Shown here one piece after another: positions 1 through 10,680 of a DNA stretch of 64,000 nucleotides; position 1 is the stretch's first letter, and each line of letters opens with the position of its first letter. Source of the DNA: an uncultured Candidatus Rokubacteria bacterium (lineage in GTDB: Bacteria > Methylomirabilota > Methylomirabilia > Rokubacteriales > DASRDR01). Below the pieces are notes generated by a model. The model had not been told where the DNA came from. It ran no database searches and worked only from the letters and a program-made list of their open reading frames with translations. The DNA lies in assembly GCA_963708025.1 (NCBI GenBank), contig CAVPSB010000019.1:224001-288000 (forward strand), written 5' to 3'. A program made the position numbers and the translations under genes.

Positions 1-2485
1 GCCGGGTGGCGAAGCCGTCGGGGGCGGTCCGGGTGAGCCCGGTCAGCACCGCGCCGCCGCCGGCGAAGGCCGCCGTGAGCCGCTGGAGGTTCTCGGCGAC
101 GGCGTTGACGTAGAGGGAGCGGGGCGCGGTGAACTCGAGCCGCGCGTTGTCGTCGGTGTTCAGCTCGGCGCCGCGCGCGAAGCGGGTCACGTCCTCGACG
201 TCGAGCAGGAGCCACGCGAACAGGTCGGCCGGCTCCCGCAGCCCGACTCGGCCCAGGTCCGCGCGGACGGCGTCCGCCCCCAGGCGGCGCTCGAGGGCGG
301 CGAAGTCCACCCCGAAGGGCGCCGGGCTACCGATCAGGAGCGTGTCCTGGTTGATCGTCTGGAACACGACCGTGTGCGGGAACACCGCCTGGAAGGTCGC
401 GACCACGGTGCGGAGGGTCTCGGGCGTGAGCGAGTAGAGCTGGAGCCACTGCCCGAAGACGCCGCCCGGCTGGAGTCGCGCCCGGGCCAGCTCGAAGAAG
501 TCCCGGGTGAACAGGCTGGCGGCTCCGGTCACCCAGGGGTTGGACGGCTCGGAGACGATGACGTCGAAGCGGTCGGAGGTCAGCAGGAGGAAGTTCCGCG
601 CGTCGTTGATCACGAGCCGCGTCCGCGGATCGGCGAGCGGGCGGCCGTTCACGTGCTCGAAGAGGCGGGAGGCGGTCACCACCGCCCGCTCCAGCTCGAC
701 GACGGTGACGCGCCGGAGCGGGTGGCGGAGGGCGGCCCCGACGCTGACCCCGCTGCCCAGGCCGATCACCAGCGCTTCCCCCGGGGCCGGGTGGAAGAGG
801 AGCGGCAGGTGGCCGAGCAGGACCTGGGTCGGCATGTCGATGCCGCTGGAGGCGTCGGTCTTGCCGTTGACGCGCAGGAAGACGTCGCCGCGGGACTCCT
901 CGACGGACACCGTGGTGGTCAGGCCCTCCTCGTAGAAGAGGAGCCGGGCCCGCTCCCGCCGCTCCCGGAACTCGTCGCGCGAGAGCCGGTGGTAGCGCTC
1001 CGCGTAGACGGCGACGCCGCTTACCATGGTGAGGGCCGGCCACCGGGGGGCGACCACCGGGACGGCCAGCGCGAGCAGGACGGCCGCGGCGCCGAGGGCC
1101 AGGCGGGGGACCCGGCGGCGGGCGGGGAGCGCGAGGAACAGCGCGAACGCGCAGGCGAGGTCGAGCAGCACCGCGACGAGCAGCGTTCCCCGGATGCCGG
1201 CCGTCGGGAGGAGCACGAAGCCGCCGGCGAAGGAGCCGATGATCGCCCCGACGGTGTTGACGGCGTAGAGGTTGCCCACGCTCCGGCTGGCCACGCCGAC
1301 GACCGGCGCCGTCAGCCGCACGCAGATCGGGAAGACGGCGCCTGAGCCCAGCGCGGGGGCGAGGATCACGGCGGCGCTCAGCAGGAACTGGAGGACGAGG
1401 AGGAGATCGTGGCGACCACCGCTCCATGAGAAGAGCCGGAGGAACAGGTGCGGCAGCTCGGGCAGGAGCCACACGCCGGCCAGGGCGCTGGCGCCGATCC
1501 CGAGCTGGACGACGCCGAGGGCCAGACCCGGCTCGACGAGGCGATCCACGCGGCGCGCGAGGAGGTAGCTGCCCCCGGCCAGCCCCCCCAGGAAGGTCAC
1601 CAGCATGACCGTGAACGCGTAGACGGAGGAGCCGAGCACGAGCGCGAGCGCACGCGTCCAGGCCACCTCGTACACCATCGCGAGCGCGCCCGAGACGGCG
1701 ATCGTCGCGAAGGCGGCGAGGGCTGCCCGGCGGGCGCGCGGGTCGATGGCGTCGGCCGGCTCCGCCGGCGTCTCGCCGCTCCCGGCGCCGGCGGTCGGCG
1801 GCTCGACCAGCCGGCGGCCCACCGCGATCGCGGCCACCCCCACCGCGACGTTGAGGGCCACCGCGACCTGGTTGGTGAGCGTGGTCCCGAGGGCGGGGAG
1901 GAGGGCCAGCCCGGCCGCCGCCGTGCCCAGCACTGCCCCGGCGGTGTTCACGGCATAGAGACGGCCCACCCGCCCACCGAGCTGCGGGAGCCGCGGGGTC
2001 GCGAACCGGGCCAGGATCGGGAGCGTGGCCCCCATGCACGCCGTCGGGAGCGCGAGCACGAGGACGGCGAGGGCGAAGCGTCCCAGCGACAGGGCCGCGT
2101 ACGACGAGGCCTCGGTCGCTCCCACGAGCTGCAACCCGGGGACGACGCCTCGGAGCAGAAGAGGCAGCGCGAGCGCGTAGGCGCCGATGGCCAGCTCCAG
2201 GAGACCGTAGGCGCGGAGCGGTCGGGTGACGGCGGCCGCCCACCGCCCGGCCAGCCAGCTGCCGAGGGCGAGCCCGGCCATGTAGGCGGTGAGGATCGTG
2301 CTGACCGCGAGCGTCGTGGCTCCGAAGAGGTGAACGAGCCACCGGAGCCACACCACTTCGTAGACGAGCGCGCTCGCGCCGGAGGCGAAGAAGCAGAGGA
2401 AGAGCAGCCGGTCGACGCGGGTCAGCGCCGGGAGGCGGCGGCCCGGCTCACGACCGTCGACGCTCGAGGAGGGATCGCTGCTCAC
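1..2485 (-). CDS. Fused MFS-like membrane / spermidine synthase family protein (3' end runs off window)
   Basis: Not in the ORF track because it has no stop in the window. Manual translation from GTG 2485 (overlapping the upstream TGA) gives LFLCFFASGASALVYEVVWLRWL, LYAVNTAGAVLG, VIGLGSGVSVGA, DVIVSEPSNPWVTG, all typical of this family. Confidence 0.9.
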   Translation of the reverse strand, partial: MSSDPSSSVDGREPGRRLPALTRVDRLLFLCFFASGASALVYEVVWLRWLVHLFGATTLAVSTILTAYMAGLALGSWLAGRWAAAVTRPLRAYGLLELAIGAYALALPLLLRGVVPGLQLVGATEASSYAALSLGRFALAVLVLALPTACMGATLPILARFATPRLPQLGGRVGRLYAVNTAGAVLGTAAAGLALLPALGTTLTNQVAVALNVAVGVAAIAVGRRLVEPPTAGAGSGETPAEPADAIDPRARRAALAAFATIAVSGALAMVYEVAWTRALALVLGSSVYAFTVMLVTFLGGLAGGSYLLARRVDRLVEPGLALGVVQLGIGASALAGVWLLPELPHLFLRLFSWSGGRHDLLLVLQFLLSAAVILAPALGSGAVFPICVRLTAPVVGVASRSVGNLYAVNTVGAIIGSFAGGFVLLPTAGIRGTLLVAVLLDLACAFALFLALPARRRVPRLALGAAAVLLALAVPVVAPRWPALTMVSGVAVYAERYHRLSRDEFRERRERARLLFYEEGLTTTVSVEESRGDVFLRVNGKTDASSGIDMPTQVLLGHLPLLFHPAPGEALVIGLGSGVSVGAALRHPLRRVTVVELERAVVTASRLFEHVNGRPLADPRTRLVINDARNFLLLTSDRFDVIVSEPSNPWVTGAASLFTRDFFELARARLQPGGVFGQWLQLYSLTPETLRTVVATFQAVFPHTVVFQTINQDTLLIGSPAPFGVDFAALERRLGADAVRADLGRVGLREPADLFAWLLLDVEDVTRFARGAELNTDDNARLEFTAPRSLYVNAVAENLQRLTAAFAGGGAVLTGLTRTAPDGFATR

Positions 2486-3486
2486 CGCCGCTCTTCCCGG
2501 GGGAGGTCCGGGCGGCCCCAGCCCGCTGCGGCCTCAGTAGCCCCGGCGCAGGTCTGAACTCGCCCGCGCAACGGCCGCCCCTGGAGAAAGCGCTGGAGGT
2601 TCTCGTTGAAGATCGGCGCGATCTCGGCCGGGTCGCTCGGCCCCGAGATGTGGGGCGTGACGATGACGTTGGGCAGCTCCCAGAACGGATGGGTGGGAGG
2701 CAGGGGCTCCTCGGGGAAGACGTCGAGCACCGCCCCGGCGATCCATCGCTCGCGCAGCGCCCGCACGAAGGCGTCCTCCTGGATCAGCGCGCCACGCCCG
2801 ATGTTGACGAGCCAGGCCCCCGGGCGCATCGCCCGCAGCTCCGCCTCCCCGATCATGCCGCGGGTCTCCGGCGTGAGGGGCGCCACTAGCACGACGAAGT
2901 CGGCCGCCCGCAGCAGGTCCCGGACCGCGGCCCGTCGGTAGATCCGCTCGACCTCCGGCACCCGCCGCCCGCTGCGATTCATGCCGATGGCCCGCATGTC
3001 GAAGGCGCGACCGACCCGCGCGATCCTCCGCCCGATCGAGCCGAGCCCGATCACCCCGAGCGTGCGACCACGGAGCAGGGTCGGCCACATCGGCTCCCAC
3101 CGCTGCGCCCGCTGGGCGGCGCGCAGCGGCTCCAGGTGCTGCGTCCCCCACAGGAGCCAGGCGAAGGTGTACTCCGTCATCCAGGGGCTGAAGACACCCT
3201 CGGCGCGCGTCAGGATGACCCGGGGAGGAAAGGGGGCGTCGAGGAACCGGTCCACGCCGGCGCCCATGACCTGTACCCACCGGAGCCGTCGCGCGCCGGG
3301 AAGGAGCTGACTGGGAAAGCCCCACGTGAAGAGCACGTCCATCTCCTCGATGTAGGGCAGCGCCTCGGCGGGGGAGGAGGCGACGCGGATCCGGACACGA
3401 CCGCGGGGCGCGCGGATCAGCCGCGCATAGGTCTGGGCCTCGTCCGGGTGATACACCAGGACGGACACCGGACCCTGGAACGACAT
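2482..3486 (-). CDS. D-2-hydroxyacid dehydrogenase (NAD(P)-binding)
   Basis: GVIGLGSIG, NIGRG, LDVFPEEPLP and TPHISG motifs. ATG 3486 lies 7 nt after an extended -10 (TGTTATATT). Confidence 0.92.
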   Translation of the reverse strand: MSFQGPVSVLVYHPDEAQTYARLIRAPRGRVRIRVASSPAEALPYIEEMDVLFTWGFPSQLLPGARRLRWVQVMGAGVDRFLDAPFPPRVILTRAEGVFSPWMTEYTFAWLLWGTQHLEPLRAAQRAQRWEPMWPTLLRGRTLGVIGLGSIGRRIARVGRAFDMRAIGMNRSGRRVPEVERIYRRAAVRDLLRAADFVVLVAPLTPETRGMIGEAELRAMRPGAWLVNIGRGALIQEDAFVRALRERWIAGAVLDVFPEEPLPPTHPFWELPNVIVTPHISGPSDPAEIAPIFNENLQRFLQGRPLRGRVQTCAGATEAAAGWGRPDLPREERR

Positions 3487-3637
3487 GGGACGCAATATAA
3501 CACAAGGGTGCGCCGAAAAAGGAATTTACCGATCGTTACGGCGTCCTGAGCCTCTGATGTCGCGGGTGCACCGTGCCGGCGGGCGGCTCCGGCGTCGGCA
3601 CCGCGCTTGCGTCGGAGGCCTTCTGCCCCCCGAAAAA

Positions 3638-3800
3638 CTAGGAGCCGTGTCGGAGTATCGGCGGGTCTGCGGTGTGGCGTGCTCGGCCCGGAGCAGCGTC
3701 CGAGCGCCCACCCACGCGGAGGCGCTACGCGCCTCTGGCGGGGGTACCCGGCCGGCGCAACCGAGGGGGAGAATCGGGGGGGTCTTCCGAGACCCCCCGA
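3638..3800. repeat. Intergenic repeat family A, copy 1
   Basis: TGTCGGAG...CGAGCGCC...CCGGCGCAACCGAGGGGG...ATCGGGGGGGTCTTCCGAGACCCCCCGA recurs at 14481 and 51304; ends in a hairpin. Confidence 0.9.
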
Positions 3801-3811
3801 GGAACAGGAAC

Positions 3812-4225
3812 TTAGCGCGGCAGCGTGACGCCGCCGGCGACCGCGCGGCGGCCCGCATCGTTGACGGTGACGGCGCGCGTGGTGATGTCGCGGCGGAGGG
3901 CCGTCAGGCGGGCGCGGAGCGCTTCGGCTTCCTCCCGCGTCTTCTTGCGCTCGGCGCTGTCGGTGGAGCGGTTGTGGGCGTCGACGAGCTGGTCGTGCTT
4001 CTCGAGGGTGATGTGGTAGTCGTAGAGAGACTGATTGTAGCGCTGGATCGCTTCGTTGTAGGAGCGCTTGAGGCCCACGGCCTGGGCTGTGTCGTTGCCG
4101 GTGAACTCCGCGTAGGGCAGGTAGTTGGGCTTGGCGGGCTGGGCGCCCGCCGTCGCCGCGAAGGCCAGGGCGAGCGCGGTGAGAACGCCCGCCGCCTCGC
4201 GGCCGAGCGCCGGGACGGACCTCAC
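3812..4225 (-). CDS. Small secreted coiled-coil hypothetical protein
   Basis: GTG overlaps the upstream stop; signal-peptide-like ALALAFAATAGAQ, then a helical charged region. Confidence 0.7.
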   Translation of the reverse strand: MRSVPALGREAAGVLTALALAFAATAGAQPAKPNYLPYAEFTGNDTAQAVGLKRSYNEAIQRYNQSLYDYHITLEKHDQLVDAHNRSTDSAERKKTREEAEALRARLTALRRDITTRAVTVNDAGRRAVAGGVTLPR

Positions 4226-4467
4226 CCGATCGCGACCGCCAAGCACGTGGTCGTGCGGGTCACTCCGTCGATGGCCCCGATCCCGTCGGTGACCAGCTGC
4301 CCGATGTCGTCGAGCGTCGGCCCCTCGACCACGGCGATGTAGTCGAAGGGACCGGTGACGGCGTCGAGGGACTCCACCCGGCACTTCCCGGGCTTCACCT
4401 TGGTCAGGGCCTTCTTCACGGCCTTGGTCTTCCCGGCGCTAGTCTCGACGAGCACATAGGCCTTCAT
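4222..4467 (-). CDS. Stand-alone Lrp/AsnC ligand-binding (RAM) domain protein
   Basis: MKAYVLVE...VTGPFDYIAVVE...IDGVTRTTTC; GGAGG RBS upstream. Confidence 0.88.
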   Translation of the reverse strand: MKAYVLVETSAGKTKAVKKALTKVKPGKCRVESLDAVTGPFDYIAVVEGPTLDDIGQLVTDGIGAIDGVTRTTTCLAVAIG

Positions 4468-4553
4468 TCCGGCACCTCCATCGCGCCCGGCGCGCCCCGC
4501 CATTACAGCGTGGCGGCTCCAGGGCTGTCAAGCCTCGGTGCGTGTGTACGGAA

Positions 4554-6026
4554 TCATCCTCCGGCTCCCCCTCCCCCCCGCCAAAGGCCGAAGGCCGTCA
4601 AATGGTGGGGGAGGGGGGCTGGGGGCGGGCGGGAGGTGTGGAGCTGGCGACCGGTCGGGGCGCGCAGGAGCGACCCCAGACGGCGGAGGTCCGGCGCCCG
4701 CTCGATCCGGTTGACCAGGCGGGCGATGGCCGCGGCGCGGGCGGCGGGGACGGCGCCGGCGGCGAGGTCCCGGTACTTGGCGCGAACCTCCTCGGGCGTC
4801 AGCGGGCTCTCGGGCGTTCCCCTGGCGGCCTCGACGCGCCGGGCGAGCCGGCGGCCATCGCGGGTCACGAGCTCGACCACCGAGGTGTACCGCGCGGGGT
4901 ACCCGGCATCCAGCGCCGGGTCGTGGACGAGCCGCATCCCGGCGCCGAGGCGCGCCACCTCGGGGTGCCGGGCGCGGTCGAAGAGGATGTCGTCGATCAG
5001 CACCCGGCCGAAGACGAGGCCGACGGGCAGGATGTACTGCGCGTTGTGCGACTTGAGGGGGTTGTCGTCGATCATGTGGGCGCCGTTCCGCGGAAACCGG
5101 AGAACGATCTGCTCGACGTCGGCCGCGGTGAGCTTCTCGTCCGCCGCCAGACCCAGCAGCGCATCCAGGCCCGGGTGCGTGAAGGCGCAGGACGAGTAGC
5201 GCTTGTAGGCGAGCTCGGGCAAGTAGAAGCGGCGACCCCAGTCGGCGAGGAGGGCGTCGGGGTGCCCGGCACCCGAGAACGCCGTGAAGGCGTCGTACTT
5301 GCCCTCGAAGGGCGCCGGCGGGCCGCCGAAGCGCAGGTGGGCGAGGTACGCCGCGGTGACGCCGTTCCGGGCGGCAAGGCCGCAATTGAGCGGCCGCGAG
5401 TGTTCGGTGGGGTCATCGGCCCACGCCAGGAGCCCGCACGCCTGCTGCATGGCCAGCCCGAGGGCGACCGCCTGGCGCTGGGGCCGGAGCCGGAAGAGGA
5501 AGCCGGCGGCGGCGGCCGCGCCGAAGGCGCCGGCGATCGCGCTCGGATGGAAGCCGCGATTGTAGAGCGCGACCGGGTCGAGCGCGTACGAGACCCGGCA
5601 GGCCACCTCGATCCCGAGCACGACGGCGGCCAGGAATCGCCGGCCGTCGGCCGATTCCTTCTCCCCGACGGCGAGGCTGGCGGGGACCACCACGGCGGGC
5701 GCGTGGAGGATCGCGCCCGCGTGGTACGGCTCGATGTCGCAGTAGTAGCCCAGGGTGCCGTTGGCCAGGGCCGCGTTCACGCACGACGTGCGCCGGCCCT
5801 GCCCGACCAGCGTGGACTCCGGCGTTCCGCCCAGCCGGCGGACGAAGTCCATGACGAGCCGGCTGGCCGGGTAGCGTGGCGCCGAGGCGACCAGCATGGC
5901 GCCGAGCGTGTCTAGGAGCACCCGGCGGGCGGCGTCCACGACCTCGCGGGGGACGTCGCGGAGCTGGAAGGCGGCGATTCGTTCGGCGAATGAATGGGAG
6001 ACCGACGCGGCCGATCGGGACGCCAT
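4554..6026 (-). CDS. MmgE/PrpD family protein
   Basis: AALANGTLG, GFHPSAIAGAFGAAAAA and ARNGVTAA motifs; the C-terminal tail reads into a palindromic repeat. Confidence 0.92.
   Translation of the reverse strand: MASRSAASVSHSFAERIAAFQLRDVPREVVDAARRVLLDTLGAMLVASAPRYPASRLVMDFVRRLGGTPESTLVGQGRRTSCVNAALANGTLGYYCDIEPYHAGAILHAPAVVVPASLAVGEKESADGRRFLAAVVLGIEVACRVSYALDPVALYNRGFHPSAIAGAFGAAAAAGFLFRLRPQRQAVALGLAMQQACGLLAWADDPTEHSRPLNCGLAARNGVTAAYLAHLRFGGPPAPFEGKYDAFTAFSGAGHPDALLADWGRRFYLPELAYKRYSSCAFTHPGLDALLGLAADEKLTAADVEQIVLRFPRNGAHMIDDNPLKSHNAQYILPVGLVFGRVLIDDILFDRARHPEVARLGAGMRLVHDPALDAGYPARYTSVVELVTRDGRRLARRVEAARGTPESPLTPEEVRAKYRDLAAGAVPAARAAAIARLVNRIERAPDLRRLGSLLRAPTGRQLHTSRPPPAPLPHHLTAFGLWRGGGGAGG
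4558..4630. repeat. Palindromic repeat family B (C-rich / AAAGGCCGAAGGCCGTC / G-rich)
   Basis: Very similar to 40460-40540; related arms at 23866-23995. Confidence 0.75.
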
Positions 6027-6122
6027 GGCTGACGACGAAGGCCAGCCTAGCGATCGCCGCCGGCCCCGTCAAGCGGGTGTACAATCGGAGCGGGAGGCGA
6101 TCGCTCCAAACCCGGTGACCAG

Positions 6123-8830
6123 TTGACCTACCAGCCACCGCCGCTCGTCCAGGCGGCGCTCGACCAAGGGCGCATCGGGCCGGACGCCCTCGACCTCTAC
6201 CGCAGCTTCGAACGGCGCTACGCGTTCCCTCTCGACGACTTCCAGGTCCGCGCGATCCTGGCGATCCTCGAGGGCTCCTCGGTGATCGTGTCGGCGCCCA
6301 CCGGCGCCGGCAAGACGCTGATCGCCGAGTTCGCGATCCACGAGGCCCTCCTCCGCAAGAAGCGGATCGCCTACACCACGCCGCTGAAGGCGCTCTCCAA
6401 CCAGAAGTACGGCGACTTCTGCCGCCAGTTCGGCGTAGCCGAGGTCGGCATCCTCACCGGCGACGTGAAGGTGAATCCGCGGGCCCCGATCGTCGTGATG
6501 ACCACCGAGATCCTGCGCAACATGTTCTACACCGGCACCCTCGAGGGGCTGGCCCACGTGGTCCTCGACGAGTGCCACTACATGGGGGACGAGGGCCGCG
6601 GCACGGTGTGGGAGGAGATCATCGTCAACGCGCCGAAGGACGTCACGCTGGTGGCGCTGTCGGCGACGGTGGCGAACGTCGAGCAGATCGCCGAGTGGAT
6701 CAGCCTCGTCCACCGGCCGATCGTGCCGATCCTGCATCCCCACCGGCCGGTGCCGCTCCAGTACCTGGTGGCCGATCTCGCGGCCGAGCTCCACCCGCTG
6801 GAGGCCGTGCGCACCGGGACGGCGCGGCTGGTCGGCGGTTTGGACGGGGGCGACGGGGACCGCCGCGGCCGCTTCTACGCCCGGCGGGTCGCCTCGGTCA
6901 CCGCGATGATCGAGGAGCTGGAGGCGCGGAAGTGGCTGCCGGCGATCTACTTCATCTTCAGCCGGGTGGGTTGCGAGCGGGCGCTGGAGGACGTCCTGGC
7001 GGACGGCCGGCCGCTCCTGGACCGCGCCCAGCGGCGGGAGGTGGAGCAGGCCATCGGCGAGGCGGTGGCGGAGAATCCGGTGCTGGGCGCCTCGGCGCTG
7101 AACCAGACGATCTTCCAGGCGATGGCCCTCGGCGTCGGCGTGCATCACGCCGGCATCCTGCCGAGTCTCAAGCGGCTGACCGAGGTGCTCTTCGAGCGCG
7201 GGCTGGTCCGGGTCGTCTTCGCCACCGAGACGATGAGCCTGGGGATCCACATGCCGGCCCGGAGCGTCGTGCTCCAGGGGCTCACCAAGCGCACCGATCG
7301 CGGTTTCCGTCTGCTCAGTCACAACGAGCTGACCCAGATGGCCGGGCGGGCCGGGCGCCGGGGGATCGACCCCGAGGGCAAGTGCATCATCGCGCTGGAC
7401 GCGCGCGACAGCCTCACCGACGTGCTGGCGGTCGTCGGCGGCCCGCCGGAGCCGATCGAGAGCCAGTTCCGGCTCGGCTACGGCTCGGTGGCGCTCCTGC
7501 TCGAGGTGGTCCGGGACCAGCAGGCGATCCGGCGCATCGTCGAGTCGTCCTTCGGCCAGTTCCAGAACCTGCGGCAGATCCGGCGTCTGGAAGCGGAGGT
7601 CGCGGAGACGGAGCGCGCGCTGGCCGAGGCCGAGCGCTACGCCGCCCCCTGCGGGGACTTCGGCCGCATCGGCCGCTACCGGGCGCTGCAGGCCGAGGTC
7701 GAGGCGCGACGGCGGGCTCTCGGGGCCCGGAGCCGCGCGGTGCGAACCCGGGCCTCGGTGGAGGAGGTGGAGTCGGGCCGGGTCGTCCTCCTCCGCCAGC
7801 GGGGGGGAGCGGCCTCGGCGTGGTGGTCGGGATCCACCGGCTCCGCGGGAGCCGCGTCCTGTTCGACACGCTCCTGCCGCACGGCTCGCTGATCCGGGCC
7901 AAGCCGGGGAACATCAAGCGCGTGTTCTGGGCGACCCCCCCGCTGCTCCTGCCGCCGGCGATCAAGGGCCTCGCCGCCCACCACAAAGGCTTCGGACACG
8001 ACTTCCGGGAGACGCTGGCCCGGGAGGGCGGGGCCCTGCTGGCTCGGCTCCGGGACCTCGACGTGGCGAGCCTGCTCGAGCGCGAGCGGGGCGACGCGCC
8101 CGAGGACGCCCTGGAGCGGATCGAGTGCCATGCCTGCCCGTGGGAGGCGCGTCCCCGCTGCGACCCGGCCTGGCGGCAGATCGAGAGGCTTCGGACGCGG
8201 CTCGAGCAGCGCCAGACGGCGCTGGCCGCCATCCGGAACGCGCTGTGGCAGGAGGTCCTGCGCGTCCTGGAGGTCCTCGACGCCTTCGACGCCGTCCAGA
8301 AGGGCGAGCTGCGCCCGAAGGGCCGGCTGGTGGCGGCGCTCCGCCACGATCACGAGCTGCTCGTCGCCGAGTGCGTCTTCCGCGGCATCTTCGACGAGGC
8401 GACGCCGGCCGAGGTCGCCGCGCTGGCCTCGTGTCTGACCGAGGAGGCGCGGTCGGGCGAGGAGGCGCCTTCGCGCGTCTTTCTGAAGCAGCGGCCGAAG
8501 CTCCGGCGGCGCATCCGCCAGATGGAAGAAGCCGCGGCTGCCATCTTCGCCGTCCAGCGCCGGGTCGGGCTCTTCCGTCCGGTCGGCGTGCAGCCCGGCT
8601 TCGTGGCGGCCGTCCACCGGTGGGCGTCCGGGGACGACGACTGGCCGCGGATCGTCACCGAGTCCTTCGGCGGCCACGAGGGGGATCTCATCCGCGCCAT
8701 GCGGCGGCTGATCGACGTGCTCCGGCAGCTTGCCGAGGCGCCCGAGGTGCCGGCCGCCGTCGCCGGGGGCGCCCGGGCCGCCGCCCGGACGCTCGACCGG
8801 GGCATCGTCCTCGAGTCCGCCCTCATCTGA
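6123..8830 (+). CDS. Ski2/HelY-like DEAD/DEAH-box RNA helicase with DSHCT C-terminus; frameshift at the G-run near 7801-7807
   Basis: APTGAGKT, DECH, SAT and QMAGRAGRRG motifs in ORF 6123-7892; the C-terminus (GDLIRAMRRLIDVLRQL) continues in the frame of ORF 6572-8830. Confidence 0.9.
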
Positions 8831-8833
8831 GCA

Positions 8834-9131
8834 GGGGTCAGGCCTTTCATTCTTGTCAATTCACCCCGATCGGCGATTGCCGGAGACCGATCGCCATACT
8901 CGGACCGCTCGGACAGCGACGTTTGGGGGATCGCATGCGTTCGAATGACGGCCACCCACGGGGCGTTGACATCCACCCGTGGAGCGAGCTTGGCGCGGCG
9001 CCAGACCTGGGGCTCGCGTGGTCGCGATCATTCGACGAATCGCCGATCGGGGTTCACCCCCTTGCCGGGCCGGGCGGGGCCGTGGCGGGGCCGTGAATGT
9101 TAAGAATGTTAAGAATGAAAGGCCTGACCCC
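8834..9131. mobile_element. Family C inverted-repeat mini-element, long (298 bp) version
   Basis: Terminal IR GGGGTCAGGCCTTTCATTCTT ... AAGAATGAAAGGCCTGACCCC with a nested internal IR. Confidence 0.75.
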
Positions 9132-9361
9132 GAGCCCTTGACACCGGTCGCAGAGCGGGGCCAGGATGGGGGTGCCGGGCACGCCCGCCCCGGCCTGGAG
9201 TGCCCGCCCCGGAGTGGGTTGCCTCATGACCAGCCGAGTGATGGAGGCTCGGCCCTCGCGGACGGCTCGATCATCAGTCATTCGCGACCGAGGCAGCGCC
9301 CGGTCCACGCCCGGCCTGGAGCCGGACGGAGTCCCGGGCGATGGGGAAGGAGACAAGGGCC

Positions 9362-9601
9362 ATGGCCACTGCGATCGAACGGCCCTGCGCGAATCCCGCC
9401 TGTTTCTGTCAGACCCCGGATGGGACGTGCTCCCTGTGGTGCGGCGCCCTCGACCGTCCGGCCGGCGTGCGCTGCGTCTGTCGTCACGACGGGTGCGTCC
9501 GGCCGATGGTCCGGGTCCCGCTGTGGACGGCCGGAACGCGGCCGATGATGACGGACCCGTTGCCGGCTGGACCGCGCCGGGTCCTCCCCCGGGTTTCGTA
9601 A
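9362..9601 (+). CDS. Cys-rich metallothionein-like small protein
   Basis: AAGGAG RBS; CANPACFC...CSLWC...CVCRHDGC (8 Cys plus His), similar in spacing to bacterial metallothioneins. Confidence 0.65.
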   Translation: MATAIERPCANPACFCQTPDGTCSLWCGALDRPAGVRCVCRHDGCVRPMVRVPLWTAGTRPMMTDPLPAGPRRVLPRVS

Positions 9602-9811
9602 GGTCACCGCCCGCCCGCATCGGCGGGCGGGTCGCGCGCCTCGCGCCCCCCCGGCCGCTGCCGGCTCCGAGAGAGCCCGTGAAGAAGTGCGGCGGCTCCC
9701 ATTCCCATCCCCCGTCGGCTTCTCGCCCCACCGGCTCCGGCCACGCGGCCGTGGCGCGGCGTAGTAAGATACGGGCCGTCGAACGCCGCTGACCGCTGCC
9801 AAGGAGGCGCC

Positions 9812-10360
9812 ATGCTCTGGGTCGTCCTCGGTGTCGTCGTGTTGCTGGGTCTGTTCGTCGTCAGCCTCTACAACAAGCTGGTCGGTCTGCGGGTACGGGT
9901 GGACGCCACGTGGTCCGACATCGACACCCAGCTCAAGCGCCGCCACGACCTGATCCCCAATCTCGTGGAGACGGTCAAGGGGTACGCGGCCCACGAGCGC
10001 GGGGTGTTCGAGCAGGTCGCCGAAGCCCGGAGCCGCGCCATGGGCGCCACCACGCCGGCCCAGTCGGCCCAGGCCGAGGGAATTCTCACCCAGGCGCTCG
10101 GCCGGCTCTTCGCCGTCGCCGAGGCGTACCCGGAGCTGAAGGCGAATCAGAACTTCCTCTCGCTCCAGCAGACGCTCGCCGGCACCGAGGACGCGATCTC
10201 CGGGTCGCGCCGCGCGTACAACGAGGTAGTCCGGGAGCTGAACACCCGGATCGAGACTGTCCCCTCCAACTTCATCGCCAGCATGTTCAACTTCCAGCGA
10301 CGCGACTTCTTCGAGATCCAGGACGCCGCCGAGCGGGCGGTTCCCCAGGTGAGGTTCTGA
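9812..10360 (+). CDS. lemA: LemA family protein
   Basis: N-terminal TM helix; QLKRRHDLIPNLVETVKGYAAHE and AEAYPELKANQNF. Confidence 0.95.
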   Translation: MLWVVLGVVVLLGLFVVSLYNKLVGLRVRVDATWSDIDTQLKRRHDLIPNLVETVKGYAAHERGVFEQVAEARSRAMGATTPAQSAQAEGILTQALGRLFAVAEAYPELKANQNFLSLQQTLAGTEDAISGSRRAYNEVVRELNTRIETVPSNFIASMFNFQRRDFFEIQDAAERAVPQVRF

Positions 10361-10361
10361 C

Positions 10362-10676
10362 ATGCCCGAGGTGAAGCTGACGACCGGGTTCGGCTCGGTG
10401 CCGGCCGGCACCCAGGACGGGATCGTGCGGGTCCTCCGGGAGGCCATCGACCAGGTGGGGCTGGAGGAGGGGAGCTTCAAGAGGGCGAAGGCCGTCTTCA
10501 CCGAGTCGGACGAGCAGTGCGTGTTCACGGTGGAGCTGGACGGGATCCGCAAGGAGCCGAACCCGCTCCTGCTCGACCTGGAGATGCTCGAGGACGCCGT
10601 GACCGACTCGGGGGCGCTCTCGCTCCTCAAGGAAGAGCTGCGGACGTACTTCCGAAAAGTGCTCGGCGTCAAGTGA
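10362..10676 (+). CDS. Hypothetical protein (104 aa)
   Basis: Coding-like codon usage; tightly coupled to lemA and the downstream gene. Confidence 0.75.
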   Translation: MPEVKLTTGFGSVPAGTQDGIVRVLREAIDQVGLEEGSFKRAKAVFTESDEQCVFTVELDGIRKEPNPLLLDLEMLEDAVTDSGALSLLKEELRTYFRKVLGVK

Positions 10677-10680
10677 GCGC

